Sequence record: NZ_CP097382.1
DNA length: 64,000 bases
Direction: 5' to 3' (one strand)
Source of the DNA: a plasmid
Made by a program: the position numbers and the translations under genes
Notes under the pieces: generated by a model
What the model was told of the DNA's origin: nothing
What the model saw: the letters and a program-made list of their open reading frames with translations, nothing else
The model's database searches: none
Shown here: in pieces, positions 41,671 through 52,532 of the stretch
Layout of the letters: each line of letters begins with the position of its first letter
How positions within the stretch are numbered: the first letter of the stretch is position 1

Positions 41671-41689
41671 CAGATTGAATACATGACCC
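41671..41689. mobile_element. solo IS1-family terminal inverted repeat
   Basis: cagattgaatacatgaccc equals the reverse complement of the IS1-family left IR GGGTCATGTATTCAAT. Confidence 0.6.
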
Positions 41690-42169
41690 TTATTTTCAAA
41701 CGCTAGGCGAGTTAATATATAAATCAATTTATTATAATATTTCATGGTGTTTTTATAAAATTAGCTTTTCATTATAAAAGCAGTCACAGTAAGGCCTAAT
41801 AGGGTACTTGAGAACAAATAGGAGCATGGCCAAATAACCCAAAATAAGCGTATTTACTTGTTTTTATTTGTGCGTATATTACAAAATAATACAAATTATA
41901 AATATGTGTTTATCCTAGATTAATGTTTTGTTTTTTAATTGTTTATGATTTATTATTCTGCGTTTGGCTTGTCAATTTTTGACTAATTAAAATTTAAAAA
42001 AATTAACTAACCTAACTTACCTAATGATATGTAGGTAAAATTAAAGGGTATTAAAAATTGTAACATGAGAGTAATTAAGTAAAAGTTCGATAGGAGACGG
42101 TTTGATCTTTAAGTTTTACACCTTATAATTGTACCCGCTTGCTTAAACCCGTTATGAATTTTATATTTA

Positions 42170-42195
42170 TTTAATTACTAATTTTAAATTAGTAA
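42170..42195. promoter_or_regulatory. near-perfect palindrome immediately upstream of the operon-2 regulator gene (candidate operator)
   Basis: aattactaatttt aaattagtaatt is a dyad of 12 + 12 bp that ends about 30 bp before the ATG at 42226. Confidence 0.4.
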
Positions 42196-42225
42196 TTGTT
42201 TTCAATTACTGGAAAGATTACTAAT

Positions 42226-42558
42226 ATGAAATTTGAAAAGAATAGCATTAATAGTCAGTGCGATAATCTATTTTCAATTTACTGTGGAGCTGTTATTAAA
42301 AAGATCAGAAAAGAGTGTGGGATGACTGGCACTGAACTGGCAAGAAAATTAAATGTTTCACAGCAACAGATGTCTCGGTATGAACGAGGTATTAATAAGA
42401 TTTCAATAGATATGTTATTTAATTTATCAATGGCATTGAATGTCCCATGTGAAAAAGTAATTAAAAATGCTTTACTTGAAATGGAAAAATCAAATTGTGA
42501 TGACGAGTTAATATTGAAAAAATTATTAATAGCTTCTAATACCGTCCACTTTTATTAA
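42226..42558 (+). CDS. MrpJ-family HTH regulator, first gene of fimbrial operon 2
   Basis: ATG with a GGAAAG RBS (the ORF-track start at 42196 is a TTG). Carries the ELARKLNVSQQQMSRYERGINKIS motif. Confidence 0.8.
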   Translation: MKFEKNSINSQCDNLFSIYCGAVIKKIRKECGMTGTELARKLNVSQQQMSRYERGINKISIDMLFNLSMALNVPCEKVIKNALLEMEKSNCDDELILKKLLIASNTVHFY

Positions 42559-42639
42559 TCATAGTTAAATAAATATTTTTTAGTAATAGTAGTAATAGAA
42601 GTAAATCAAGTTGTTTGTTTATAAATCATTGAGGAATAT

Positions 42640-43170
42640 ATGAAGAAAATATTATTATTAGCACTAGTTTCTAGTGCTATGAGCACTTCTGTACTTGCTG
42701 CAGATATGGGCCATGGAAAAGTGAATTTTAAAGGCTCTATTATTGATGCACCATGTTCTATTTCACCAAATTCAATTGATCAAACTGTTGAGCTTGGACA
42801 AATATCAAATATGGCTTTAGTTAATGGTGGTAAATCTACTCCACGTAATTTTGACATCTCTTTAGAAAATTGTGATTTAACTGACGTAGAGAAAGGTGTT
42901 CAATTAACATTTAGTGGTGCAGCGGCTTCATTTGATAATTCAAACAAAACGTTAGGTATCGTTGGTACTGGTGCAGGAGCAGGCATACAAATTACAAATG
43001 GTGGCGGGAATGTAATTACGTTAGGTACACCAATACCATTCCAAAATATTCAAGATGGGAATAATACCCTGCGTTTCTCGGCGTATTTAATGGGTAATGG
43101 TGGTGATATTAAAACTATTACTGCCGGTGAATTTAGCTCCGTAGCTGACTTTACGCTGTCATACGAATAA
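42640..43170 (+). CDS. fimbrial major subunit (MrpA-like)
   Basis: 176 aa with a signal peptide, a GKVNFKGSIIDAPCSI motif and a C-terminal FTLSYE. Confidence 0.9.
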   Translation: MKKILLLALVSSAMSTSVLAADMGHGKVNFKGSIIDAPCSISPNSIDQTVELGQISNMALVNGGKSTPRNFDISLENCDLTDVEKGVQLTFSGAAASFDNSNKTLGIVGTGAGAGIQITNGGGNVITLGTPIPFQNIQDGNNTLRFSAYLMGNGGDIKTITAGEFSSVADFTLSYE

Positions 43171-43246
43171 TCAATATTTAGTAGCTAGCAAAAAAGGATA
43201 TTTTGCTGGCTTATTTCAAATGGAAGCCAGCGTAGGAGAGGAAGCA

Positions 43247-43783
43247 ATGAAATATTTAATGATCAGTAAACTGCTTTCGTTGAGTCTTAGTATGTATTCT
43301 CTCATAAATATTTCCCCTGCCAATGCGCTAGGTTTGGTAAAGATGAGTGGCAGTATCATTGAAACAGCCTGTGCTATTGATGTTGGTAGCCGTGATCAAA
43401 CTATTAATATGGGAAGCCTCTCTCTGAGTGATATCCGTCGAGATGGTCAAGGCCCAGTACATCCGTTTGTTATTAAGTTAGTTAATTGTGTTCTTGAACG
43501 TCAAAACCCGAATAAACCTAATTGGCAATACTTTCGAGTCACCTTTGATGGTGCACATCAACACGGATTATTTAGTGTGAATGGTCAAGCCAAAGGTGTT
43601 GGACTACAAATTCAACGTAATGATGGCAGAGAAATTATTGTTCCAGGACAAGCTCTATCTGCTCAAACTTTGACGCAAGGCTCCCGTGATTTAGCTTACG
43701 AATTAAGGTTGGTAGCTAATCATACTCCATTAGTATCAGGGCAGTACTACAGCCAATTAAGCTTTAAATTGGATTATGAATAA
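43247..43783 (+). CDS. MrpB-like fimbrial subunit
   Basis: GAGGAAG RBS, a signal peptide, a GSIIETACAI motif and a C-terminal FKLDYE. Confidence 0.75.
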   Translation: MKYLMISKLLSLSLSMYSLINISPANALGLVKMSGSIIETACAIDVGSRDQTINMGSLSLSDIRRDGQGPVHPFVIKLVNCVLERQNPNKPNWQYFRVTFDGAHQHGLFSVNGQAKGVGLQIQRNDGREIIVPGQALSAQTLTQGSRDLAYELRLVANHTPLVSGQYYSQLSFKLDYE

Positions 43784-43877
43784 TTCAATTATTAATTTTA
43801 TATGTCAAAACCAAGTATTGATTTTGAATAAAAAAGCTAAATGGTTTTATTAATAAAAAAGAAATAAGAAGGTCGAG

Positions 43878-46538
43878 ATGATGGCCCTAGGTTTTATTCA
43901 TATGCCGTTGTTACGGGTAAGCCGTCCTCGGTTGATGGGACTACTTATTGCTTTATCCCTAAGTTGTAATAGCTACGCTGAGCAGATTGAATTTAATACG
44001 GATATTTTAGATGTCAATGACCGCGCAAATATTAATTTAGCTCAGTTTTCACGTCCAGGCTTTTTAATGCCAGGAGAATATCGTTTTTCTATTTTTATAA
44101 ATAAGCATCAACTACCTGAACAAACCGTATTTTATTATGTACCCGATGGTCAGCCAGATGAGAGCGTGGCCTGTTTAAGCCCTACATTAGTTGAGCAACT
44201 CGCGCTTAAACCTGATTTATTGCCAACCCTAAAATGGTGGCATGATGGGCAGTGTTTATCACTAGAAAGCTTACCGGGCACTGAAGTTAAAGGGGATTTA
44301 GCTGCTTCCGCTTTATATGTCAGTTTACCACAAGCATATTTGGAATATACAGCCGAAAACTGGGATCCACCTGCTCGTTGGGAAGATGGATTACCTGGCG
44401 CTCTTTTTGATTATAACCTCAATGCACAGGTTGGTCAGCAAACTCGAGGCGGACAACGAACAAATGTCAGTACCAGCGGTAATGGTGTTGCGGGTGTTAA
44501 CTTAGGTGTATGGCGTATGCGTGCTGATTGGCAAATGCGTTTAGACAAACAGCAAGGACAAGATACTTCTAGTTCATTAGATTGGACTCGATACTATGTC
44601 TATCGTGCAATTAAATCTCTCGGGGCAAAACTCACTTTAGGTGAAGATTATTTAGCCTCAGATATTTTTGACAGTTTTCGATTTACGGGACTCAGTCTGA
44701 TCACCGACATCAATATGTTACCACCTAATTTACGGGGATATGCCCCCGAAATAACAGGTGTAGCTAAAAGTAATGCTACCGTTATTGTGAGTCAGCAAGG
44801 CCGTATTATTTATCAAACACAAGTTGCCGCTGGCCCTTTTCGTATTCAAGACTTAAATGATGCACTATCCGGTGAGATTAATGTTGAAGTTAAAGAACAA
44901 GATGGCTCAATTCAAACGTTTACGGTGAATACAGCCAGTGTTCCTTATCTCACTCGCCCAGGCCAAGTACGTTATAAGCTTGCCGCTGGACGTCCAACTG
45001 ATTGGCGCCACCATGTGAGCGGTGAAACGTTTGCCAGCAGCGAGTTTTCGTGGGGAGTAAATAACGGTTGGTCATTATATGGTGGCGGCGTTGCAGCGGA
45101 GAATTACACTTCCGTTGCGGTTGGTATCGGTCGAGATCTGATGACGTTTGGCGCGCTGTCTTTTGATATCACCCATGCGCGTTCACGGTTAAAAGGGTTA
45201 ACTGAAGTCGGCGATAAAACGTATCACGGTAATTCATATCGTTTGAGCTATTCAAAACGATTTGATGCCTACAATAGCCAAGTGACATTTGCGGGATATC
45301 GTTTTGCTGAGCAAGGTTTTATGAGTATGTCTGAGTACTTAAATGCCCAGTCTACGGGTGTCCGCCAGTATAGCAGTAAGGAAATGTATACGGTTTCCTA
45401 TAACCAACAATTTCCGGAGTTGGGGCTCAGTGCTTATATAAATTATTACCATCAAACCTACTGGGATCAGCCTGATAATGACCGTTATAGTCTGTCTTTA
45501 GCACGTTATTTTGATATCGGGAAATGGAAAAATTTAAGTGTTAACTTGACGGCTTATCGAAATCGTTATCGGCAGACTAATGATGATGGGGCCTACCTTT
45601 CCTTTTCATTGCCTTGGGGGGAGAGTGGCTCGCTTAGCATGAACAGCAGTTGGGATGAGAGTGATAATTCTCAACGAGTCAGTTATTACGATCGATTAGA
45701 TGAACGTACTAATTACCAATTAAGTACCGGATGGTCTCGTTCTGGTGGGTTAGTGAGTGGTTATTACACACATCAAGCTGATTTGGCTCAAATCAATGCA
45801 AATGCCACTTATCAGCAAGATAGATATCGTTCTGCTGGCTTATCACTTCAAGGTGGTTTTACGGCGATTAAGCAAGGTGTGGTGATGCATCGTGGTAATC
45901 AGCTTGGGGGGACTCGAATTTTTGTTGATACGGATGGTGTTCCGAATATCCCATTACGAGGTTATGGCTCAACTATTCGAACAAACTATTTTGGTCAGGC
46001 TGTATTAACAGATGTGAACAGTTATTACCGTAATCAGGTCAGTGTCGATTTAAATACATTACCTGAAGATGCTCAGGTATCACAATCGATTAAGCAAGGT
46101 ACCTTAACAGAAGGTGCTATTGGTTACCGCCAGTTTGATGTTGTCGCTGGACACAGTGCAATGGCCTTATTGCGTTTATCTGATAATAGGTTCCCCCCAT
46201 TTGGAGCACAAGTTTTCAATATAAAAGGCCAACAAGTGGGAATGGTGGGGGATGATGGGAGTACGTATTTAACGGGGCTCAACCCTAACGATAAATTACA
46301 AGTTCGTTGGGATGACAAAGCACAATGTGAAATCACCTTACCTAAAATATTACCGAAGAGCGACACGTTGTTAACGAATTGGTTATTACCGTGCGATGCG
46401 ACTGGCATCTTACCCATAGAGCAGACACAGATAGTTGTTGAATCGAATACAGCCAGTTTACCGTCGCCTCATTCATTAATTTCTGAGGCATCAGATAAAC
46501 CGGGTTTGGCCAGCTCAGCGAGCTGGTTAAGAAAATAA
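43878..46538 (+). CDS. fimbrial usher (MrpC-like)
   Basis: 886 aa with the conserved usher blocks. Confidence 0.92.
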   Translation: MMALGFIHMPLLRVSRPRLMGLLIALSLSCNSYAEQIEFNTDILDVNDRANINLAQFSRPGFLMPGEYRFSIFINKHQLPEQTVFYYVPDGQPDESVACLSPTLVEQLALKPDLLPTLKWWHDGQCLSLESLPGTEVKGDLAASALYVSLPQAYLEYTAENWDPPARWEDGLPGALFDYNLNAQVGQQTRGGQRTNVSTSGNGVAGVNLGVWRMRADWQMRLDKQQGQDTSSSLDWTRYYVYRAIKSLGAKLTLGEDYLASDIFDSFRFTGLSLITDINMLPPNLRGYAPEITGVAKSNATVIVSQQGRIIYQTQVAAGPFRIQDLNDALSGEINVEVKEQDGSIQTFTVNTASVPYLTRPGQVRYKLAAGRPTDWRHHVSGETFASSEFSWGVNNGWSLYGGGVAAENYTSVAVGIGRDLMTFGALSFDITHARSRLKGLTEVGDKTYHGNSYRLSYSKRFDAYNSQVTFAGYRFAEQGFMSMSEYLNAQSTGVRQYSSKEMYTVSYNQQFPELGLSAYINYYHQTYWDQPDNDRYSLSLARYFDIGKWKNLSVNLTAYRNRYRQTNDDGAYLSFSLPWGESGSLSMNSSWDESDNSQRVSYYDRLDERTNYQLSTGWSRSGGLVSGYYTHQADLAQINANATYQQDRYRSAGLSLQGGFTAIKQGVVMHRGNQLGGTRIFVDTDGVPNIPLRGYGSTIRTNYFGQAVLTDVNSYYRNQVSVDLNTLPEDAQVSQSIKQGTLTEGAIGYRQFDVVAGHSAMALLRLSDNRFPPFGAQVFNIKGQQVGMVGDDGSTYLTGLNPNDKLQVRWDDKAQCEITLPKILPKSDTLLTNWLLPCDATGILPIEQTQIVVESNTASLPSPHSLISEASDKPGLASSASWLRK

Positions 46539-46590
46539 AAAATAACATGATTGAAGAAGGTTATCCCTCCTTCATACTAAGGTAAAAAAT

Positions 46591-47367
46591 ATGTTACAGA
46601 GTAATAAAACCAATAAAAAAAATCATCATCTAATTGCCATTTTTTTGGTTGGAGCAGTGTTGATATCCGGGACACTGTCTTCCGCGCAAGCTGCAATCGC
46701 TTTAGATCGCACACGTGCAATTATGACGGGTGAAGATAAATCTATTAGCTTAAATATCAGTAATGAAAATAAACAATTACCTTATTTAGCGCAAGGCTGG
46801 ATTGAAAATGCCCAAGGTGAAAAAATCACGGAACCTTTTACAGTATTACCTCCCGTTCAGCGTGTTGAACCTGGTGCTAAAAGCCAAGTAAAAATTCAAG
46901 CACTACCGAGTGTTGCGTCACTGCCGCAAGACAGGGAATCCGTTTATTATTTCAATTTACGTGAAATCCCACCTAAAAGTGATAAACCGAACACACTTCA
47001 GCTGGCATTACAAACGCGAATTAAGTTGTTTTATCGCCCAAAGGCGATTATTCCAACTCGCCAACAAATGGAGAATCCATGGCAAGAAAAAATCACCCTC
47101 ATTCGTCAAGGTGACCAATACAGTGTGGAGAATCCAACGCCGTATTTTGTAACGCTTGTTGATGCTGCTTCAGTGAAAGATGGAAAAACAGTCGCGGGGT
47201 TTGAACCGTTGATGGTTGCACCTAAAAGCAGTTTGCTTATGGGGGGGAGTACTAAAGCCTTAGGAAGTAAGCCTGTACTCACTTATATCAATGATTATGG
47301 TGGGCGACCAACGTTGATGTTTACTTGTCAAGATAATCGCTGTCATGTGGTATCAGATAAACAGTAG
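46591..47367 (+). CDS. periplasmic fimbrial chaperone (MrpD-like)
   Basis: 258 aa. PapD-like with LPYLAQGWIEN and FNLREIPPKS motifs. Confidence 0.92.
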   Translation: MLQSNKTNKKNHHLIAIFLVGAVLISGTLSSAQAAIALDRTRAIMTGEDKSISLNISNENKQLPYLAQGWIENAQGEKITEPFTVLPPVQRVEPGAKSQVKIQALPSVASLPQDRESVYYFNLREIPPKSDKPNTLQLALQTRIKLFYRPKAIIPTRQQMENPWQEKITLIRQGDQYSVENPTPYFVTLVDAASVKDGKTVAGFEPLMVAPKSSLLMGGSTKALGSKPVLTYINDYGGRPTLMFTCQDNRCHVVSDKQ

Positions 47368-47414
47368 CTTAGAACAAGATGACGTTAAAGCAGATTTCAA
47401 CGCAGGAGAGCCTC

Positions 47415-48023
47415 ATGAAAGAAGCAAATAAGATCCCTCATTGTATGATGGCGTGCGGTTTAGGATTGTCCTTACTCAGTAGCACAGCACTCAGTACTGA
47501 ACTCGATAAAGTGGATAACTGGGATGTCGATGGTGCTAATGGCACATTATATGTACACGGAGCTTTAACGGAAAGTGCTTGTCGATTAGCGATGTCGTCA
47601 GCATATCAAACAGTTGAACTGGGGATATTAGGCACAGGGCAATTACAGAAAGTTGGTCAAACAGGTACCCCTATCGCGGTACAACTGCGTTTAGAAGATT
47701 GTTTAAGTGGTGAAAGTCGTAATCGTAATAAACTCGGAAACTTATTGTGGAGTCCTGATATGCCTGCAATGAAAATTCGTTTTTTGGCAGAGGCGGACAA
47801 TCAAAGCCCACAATTAGCTGCCGTTACGGGGGCGCAAGGAATCGCATTACAATTGAGTAATGCTTCTTATCATCCTATTGCAATAGGGGAATACAGTACT
47901 CCTGAGCTAGTTTCTCCAGGGCAGAATCAATTGACCTATTATATTACCCCGATCCGTACTACAGCAGGATTAAGTTCGGGAGCTTATCAGGCAATTATTC
48001 GCTTTCAGGTCAGTTATGATTAG
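47415..48023 (+). CDS. fimbrial minor subunit (MrpE-like)
   Basis: AGGAGA RBS, a signal peptide and a C-terminal FQVSYD. Confidence 0.75.
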   Translation: MKEANKIPHCMMACGLGLSLLSSTALSTELDKVDNWDVDGANGTLYVHGALTESACRLAMSSAYQTVELGILGTGQLQKVGQTGTPIAVQLRLEDCLSGESRNRNKLGNLLWSPDMPAMKIRFLAEADNQSPQLAAVTGAQGIALQLSNASYHPIAIGEYSTPELVSPGQNQLTYYITPIRTTAGLSSGAYQAIIRFQVSYD

Positions 48024-48032
48024 GAGTTAACG

Positions 48033-48569
48033 ATGTTATTGATACAGCATGCGACCATAGGGATTAAAGGCTTTATTACGCTCAGCTTTCTTTTTTTTAG
48101 CTCGCTATTATTTGAAAGTCTATTTCATGTCGTACGTGCGGACACTGCAAATCTGAATTTAACGTTGACCATTACGATGCCTCCACAGTGTACGTTTGGT
48201 GGTGGTAGTTCAATACAAATTGTACGTTTTGAAGAGGTACAACAAGGATTAATTGATGGAGTGAGTTATAAGCGAACCCCTATTGATACCGGATTATCTT
48301 GCCGTGCATTAGAAAAAAATGCGTTGAATATGGCGTTGTCATGGGATCCGGTAACCTTTAATGGCGTTTCTGCTATCAGTACAAGCCGAACAAATTTGGG
48401 TATTGCCATTTATCGGGATTCGACTCGCTTAAGTAACGGCGCATCAATTAACTTTACTTACGGTAATCCTCCGAACTTGTACGCAGTACCGATAAAACCT
48501 AGCGGTATGATGCTTAGTGATGCGGGATCTTTTACTGGCACAATGACAGTGACGTTAAATTATCAATAA
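48033..48569 (+). CDS. fimbrial minor subunit (MrpF-like)
   Basis: Signal peptide and a C-terminal TVTLNYQ. It is a tandem paralog of the next gene. Confidence 0.75.
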   Translation: MLLIQHATIGIKGFITLSFLFFSSLLFESLFHVVRADTANLNLTLTITMPPQCTFGGGSSIQIVRFEEVQQGLIDGVSYKRTPIDTGLSCRALEKNALNMALSWDPVTFNGVSAISTSRTNLGIAIYRDSTRLSNGASINFTYGNPPNLYAVPIKPSGMMLSDAGSFTGTMTVTLNYQ

Positions 48570-48584
48570 ATGTGGGACTATCTC

Positions 48585-49082
48585 ATGAATAATACTCTCT
48601 TTGTTCGGTGTTTTATCGGCCTGCTTTGTTTATTAAGTCCGATATTATCACGAGCATTGGATGTCTATTTTACAGGAACATTGGTTGTCACGCCGCCAGA
48701 ATGTACCGTGAATAGTGGTACTGTGGCAGATGTCAATTTTGGCGATATCCATGAAACACTGATTGACAATAGCAGTTATAAACGCACACGTATTGATTAC
48801 ACGTTAAATTGTACGAATGTCTATAGCAATGCATTAAAGATGACGGTCAGCTGGAACCCGATTACGCTCAATGGGCAAAATGTTATTCGTACTGGTCGGA
48901 CGAATCTCGGGATAGCGGTTTATCAGAATTCGACTCGATTAAGTAATGGTGATGTTGTGAATTTCACTTATGGTAGCAATCAACCTGCACTTTATGCAGT
49001 ACCAGTAAAACCCTCGGGAACGGTATTAACTGATGGCGGAAATTTTAATGGGACATTAACTTTTGTGGTGGATTACCGTTAA
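48585..49082 (+). CDS. fimbrial minor subunit (tandem duplicate of 48033-48569)
   Basis: Shares SYKRT.ID, TNLGIA.Y..STRLSNG and YAVP.KPSG blocks with the previous gene. Confidence 0.75.
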   Translation: MNNTLFVRCFIGLLCLLSPILSRALDVYFTGTLVVTPPECTVNSGTVADVNFGDIHETLIDNSSYKRTRIDYTLNCTNVYSNALKMTVSWNPITLNGQNVIRTGRTNLGIAVYQNSTRLSNGDVVNFTYGSNQPALYAVPVKPSGTVLTDGGNFNGTLTFVVDYR

Positions 49083-49092
49083 GGAGAACAAG

Positions 49093-49590
49093 ATGAAATT
49101 TATTCACCGACAACAAGTAGCTCTCTGCTTTTTTTGTGTAATAAGCTCTCCATTTGCATTGGGGTTAGGGGCAAATCTTTACGGTAATTTAATCGTGACG
49201 CCACCTGAATGTATTCTAAATAACAATAATCAAGCGGAGATTCATTTTGGTGATATTTTATTAACGCGCATTGACGGTAATAACTACTTACAAACATTGC
49301 CATTGAGTCTATCGTGTACAGGATTAGCAAAAAATAATCTGACATTGATCTTAGAAGGCGACCCTACATTGTTTAATAGCAATGGCGCATTAAAAACAAG
49401 CAATGATAAATTAGGCGTTATTTTTTATGTTAACAATATCAGGCAAGCAATTAACCAGCCGGTGAATATTAATTATACTTCTTTGCCTTCTTTAAAAGCT
49501 GCGCCGATTAAAAATATGACTGCAAGCTTTAATGATACAGATGGTGGTAGTTTTACTGCATTGGCGACATTAAAGGTGGACTATCAATGA
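49093..49590 (+). CDS. fimbrial minor subunit
   Basis: AAGGAGAA RBS, a signal peptide and a C-terminal TLKVDYQ. Confidence 0.75.
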   Translation: MKFIHRQQVALCFFCVISSPFALGLGANLYGNLIVTPPECILNNNNQAEIHFGDILLTRIDGNNYLQTLPLSLSCTGLAKNNLTLILEGDPTLFNSNGALKTSNDKLGVIFYVNNIRQAINQPVNINYTSLPSLKAAPIKNMTASFNDTDGGSFTALATLKVDYQ

Positions 49591-50111
49591 AAAAGTCACT
49601 GATAAGCACAAGTCAACGTTATTGTTATTTATGCAGTTTAGGAGGGCTCTTCATGATGATGTCCTCTGCAGTGGAAGCCAATTGGTTTTTTGATGGTACG
49701 CTAATACTGCCCCCCGCCTGTGAATTAGGACAAAAAAATCCTATACGTGTTTCTTTTGGAAAGGTGGGGGTGCGTAAAGTGGATGGGAATTTATTTAAAC
49801 AAGACATACCGTATCAATTGAATTGCCAAGGTGACTTAAAGCAACCGTGGAATGTGACATTGACGTTCAGTGGAACACTCGCGGGTACGGGATTTGATAA
49901 TGCGACATTACAAACAAGCAGCCCTATGAATAACGGAAAATTAGGCATTCAAATTCAAAAGGACGGGATACCGTTAGAACTGAACAAGGCGTTTGCAATT
50001 AATAGTTCAAATCTACCAAAATTATCGGCGGTTCCGATTAAGCGTGCAGGATCGGAACTGGTTGGTGATAATTTTTCTGCGACAGGGACATTGACCATCG
50101 ATTTTCAATGA
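49587..50111 (+). CDS. fimbrial minor subunit
   Basis: Signal peptide and a C-terminal TLTIDFQ. The start overlaps the previous stop. Confidence 0.7.
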   Translation: MKKSLISTSQRYCYLCSLGGLFMMMSSAVEANWFFDGTLILPPACELGQKNPIRVSFGKVGVRKVDGNLFKQDIPYQLNCQGDLKQPWNVTLTFSGTLAGTGFDNATLQTSSPMNNGKLGIQIQKDGIPLELNKAFAINSSNLPKLSAVPIKRAGSELVGDNFSATGTLTIDFQ

Positions 50112-50125
50112 CACGATAAAAGGAA

Positions 50126-50677
50126 ATGAGAAAAATGCAAATACCATTACGTCAATTATGGCCTTTAGTCTTGTCACTAAGTTTAGTTGGAGGCCCGCTT
50201 TGTGCGCGGTCGGAAACCGTACAATTTGATGGAACATTGGTTGAGGACGCCTGCGAAATATATCCTGGCGATGAAAATATCGAATTGGATTTTGGCACTA
50301 TTGTAGACAAATATTTGTATTTGAATACACGAACACACAGCCAGCTATTTACAATTAGGTTAATTAATTGTGATTTAGTGTTGGGTAAAGAAGTTCAAGT
50401 AACCTTTATGGGAACTGAAAGTGCAGCATTACCCGGATTATTAGCACTTAATGCAGGGAGCAAAGCAAATGGGATCGCTATTGGTTTTGAAACTCAAAGT
50501 GGTGAACCTATCTCGTTAAATAGATCAAAAGACTACACTCAACAGCTCCAAGCCAGTGGCACCAATAACATCAATTTGAAAGCTTATGTTCGAGGCGAAC
50601 CTATCGCCCTTCGCGATAAATCAATTACACGCGGAACTTTCGAGGCTACTACCACTTTTATTCTTGAATATGAATAA
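50126..50677 (+). CDS. fimbrial minor subunit
   Basis: Signal peptide, a Cys pair and a C-terminal FILEYE. Confidence 0.7.
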   Translation: MRKMQIPLRQLWPLVLSLSLVGGPLCARSETVQFDGTLVEDACEIYPGDENIELDFGTIVDKYLYLNTRTHSQLFTIRLINCDLVLGKEVQVTFMGTESAALPGLLALNAGSKANGIAIGFETQSGEPISLNRSKDYTQQLQASGTNNINLKAYVRGEPIALRDKSITRGTFEATTTFILEYE

Positions 50678-51201
50678 CTCTAAAGAAATGACTAATTTTT
50701 GTTAATTATTCAAAATCACAATACCACATAAATATAACAGGAGTTATATATGTCAAAATATAGAATGAAGACAATCTTATATAGTATTTCCATTAATCAT
50801 CAATTTTAATAATTCAGCTAATTCAACTGTAGGTTTTGGTCATAGGCCTTACATGAACGCAGCTGTCAGTAACTGTGGTATAGGACAGATGATAGGAATA
50901 GGATACAACGCACAGGGAAGTGGCGAAATTATATCAGAATTGGGTTGGGAGCATTTGAGGCGACGACAGCTTTTATGTTGGAGTAAGAGTGATTGGGGTA
51001 CCATTAGGAAAAATATATGAAATATTAGTATTGTGGTTAAAATAGATTTCATACAAAAATAGGTTGTGTATTTTTGTATGATTATTTTAATCATTTTTAT
51101 ATATAGTGAAGATAGTGATATGAAATAATGAAATTAACTCATCATCACCTATTATATATTATTTAAATAACCGGTCATAATGATTTTAAAAAAGGACGTA
51201 G

Positions 51202-52029
51202 ATGAAAATTTATTCTGTATTATTAATTTTTATTTCTTTTTACTCTTCAGCTACACTCACTATAACAGCGGAGAGTAACACAATACCAATAAATTCCATA
51301 TTGGCACAGGGGCCATTAGATAATACAAATGGTGCCCCTACATGGGCACCTTGTGCGAAAATCATTTGCGCCGATGACATTATGAATGGCGATAATTTAC
51401 TTACTATTCAAATGTCATCTGAGGGTAGAGAATTTACAATCTATAAAATCCCCATTAATTGTGATGGTGCTTTTACAAATAGAGAAGCAGCTATGATTTT
51501 CTCCCGCGATATATTACTCGTACAAAAAAGACTATATTTTTATCGACAATCGGGTTTATGGGAACCGTGGGTTTCAGCCGCAGCTTCCGTAGAATGTTAT
51601 GATAAACAAAATAAAAATTTTATTCTTTATAACTCACATCCGCCGAGCAATATAATTGGAGGTCCTGAGTCTTTAAGTGTTTGTAATTTAAATAGTCAAA
51701 ACTTATTGCTTAATTTTTCATCAGAAAGCCTCATGGTTGCAGGTCTGAGTAAAAATACAAATTTAACTATTACCTGCACTGCAGGTAATGCTAGGGATTA
51801 TAAATTAAGGTTAACGGGAACAAATGTCACAAATGGGAAATTGGATTTCAAAAATGGAGTTTATGCTCAAATATCACTCGATGGTATACATATTAATGCT
51901 AATGGTGATGGAATTAATTTAAATGGATTAGTTAGTCGCGAAATTCAAGTAAAGGCAACATTATCGGGTTCAGCTTCTACTTCAGGCATAACAACGAGTA
52001 ACGGAATTTTAATTCTTGAAGCGCTATAA
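51202..52029 (+). CDS. two-domain fimbrial tip adhesin (MrpH-like, 275 aa)
   Basis: Signal peptide, a Cys-rich N-terminal domain and a C-terminal pilin domain. It is the last gene of the operon after a 520-bp gap. Confidence 0.55.
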   Translation: MKIYSVLLIFISFYSSATLTITAESNTIPINSILAQGPLDNTNGAPTWAPCAKIICADDIMNGDNLLTIQMSSEGREFTIYKIPINCDGAFTNREAAMIFSRDILLVQKRLYFYRQSGLWEPWVSAAASVECYDKQNKNFILYNSHPPSNIIGGPESLSVCNLNSQNLLLNFSSESLMVAGLSKNTNLTITCTAGNARDYKLRLTGTNVTNGKLDFKNGVYAQISLDGIHINANGDGINLNGLVSREIQVKATLSGSASTSGITTSNGILILEAL

Positions 52030-52030
52030 A

Positions 52031-52450
52031 GGGGCTTGTTGCAAAAATTACCTAAATGAGAAACACTCACGATATTGATTATGTCTTATTAGGAATAGGC
52101 CATGCCATCGAATGAGTTTAAATGGAAACATTTTGCCCCCACGATTATCCTTTGGTGTTTACGTTGGTATGGCTCAACACCATTCAGTTATGCCAACGTC
52201 AGTGATATGCTGGCTGAACGGGGGGGGAGGGCAAAGTCGCTAAGCGGGCCTGGGCGACAATCCAAGGCTTTGAAACTTTGCGAAAACTGAATAAGGGTAA
52301 ATTTGATGAATGGCTACGTCGTGATGAACTCGAGTTTCGTGTACGGGAGCGCTCCGCTTTATGAATCGCTTATTCAATGTGGAGACGGTTTTAGCGTGAA
52401 AGATGCCATGGGGCAAAAAATACGCTAATTTATTATTTGCAACAAGCCCC
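52031..52450 (+). mobile_element. IS6-family MITE-like derivative, copy 2 (single heptamer unit)
   Basis: GGGGCTTGTTGCAAA terminal IRs. Encodes MPSNEFKWKHFAPTIILWCLRWYG... (IS26-like N-terminus) then jumps to a C-terminal remnant. It is inserted 1 bp after the adhesin stop codon. Confidence 0.8.
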
Positions 52451-52532
52451 AAAAAACAGTTCAGCTTAAGTATGCCTATAAGCTATAATCCTAATTGACT
52501 CGATTTTATCAAATAGGCTAACTAAAATTACT

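Noticed and set aside
50849-51094. An 81-aa minus-strand ORF in the gap before the adhesin gene.
   Set aside because: It is Leu/Ile/Pro-rich low-complexity sequence with no start context. A more plausible, still speculative, plus-strand mini-ORF is reported instead.
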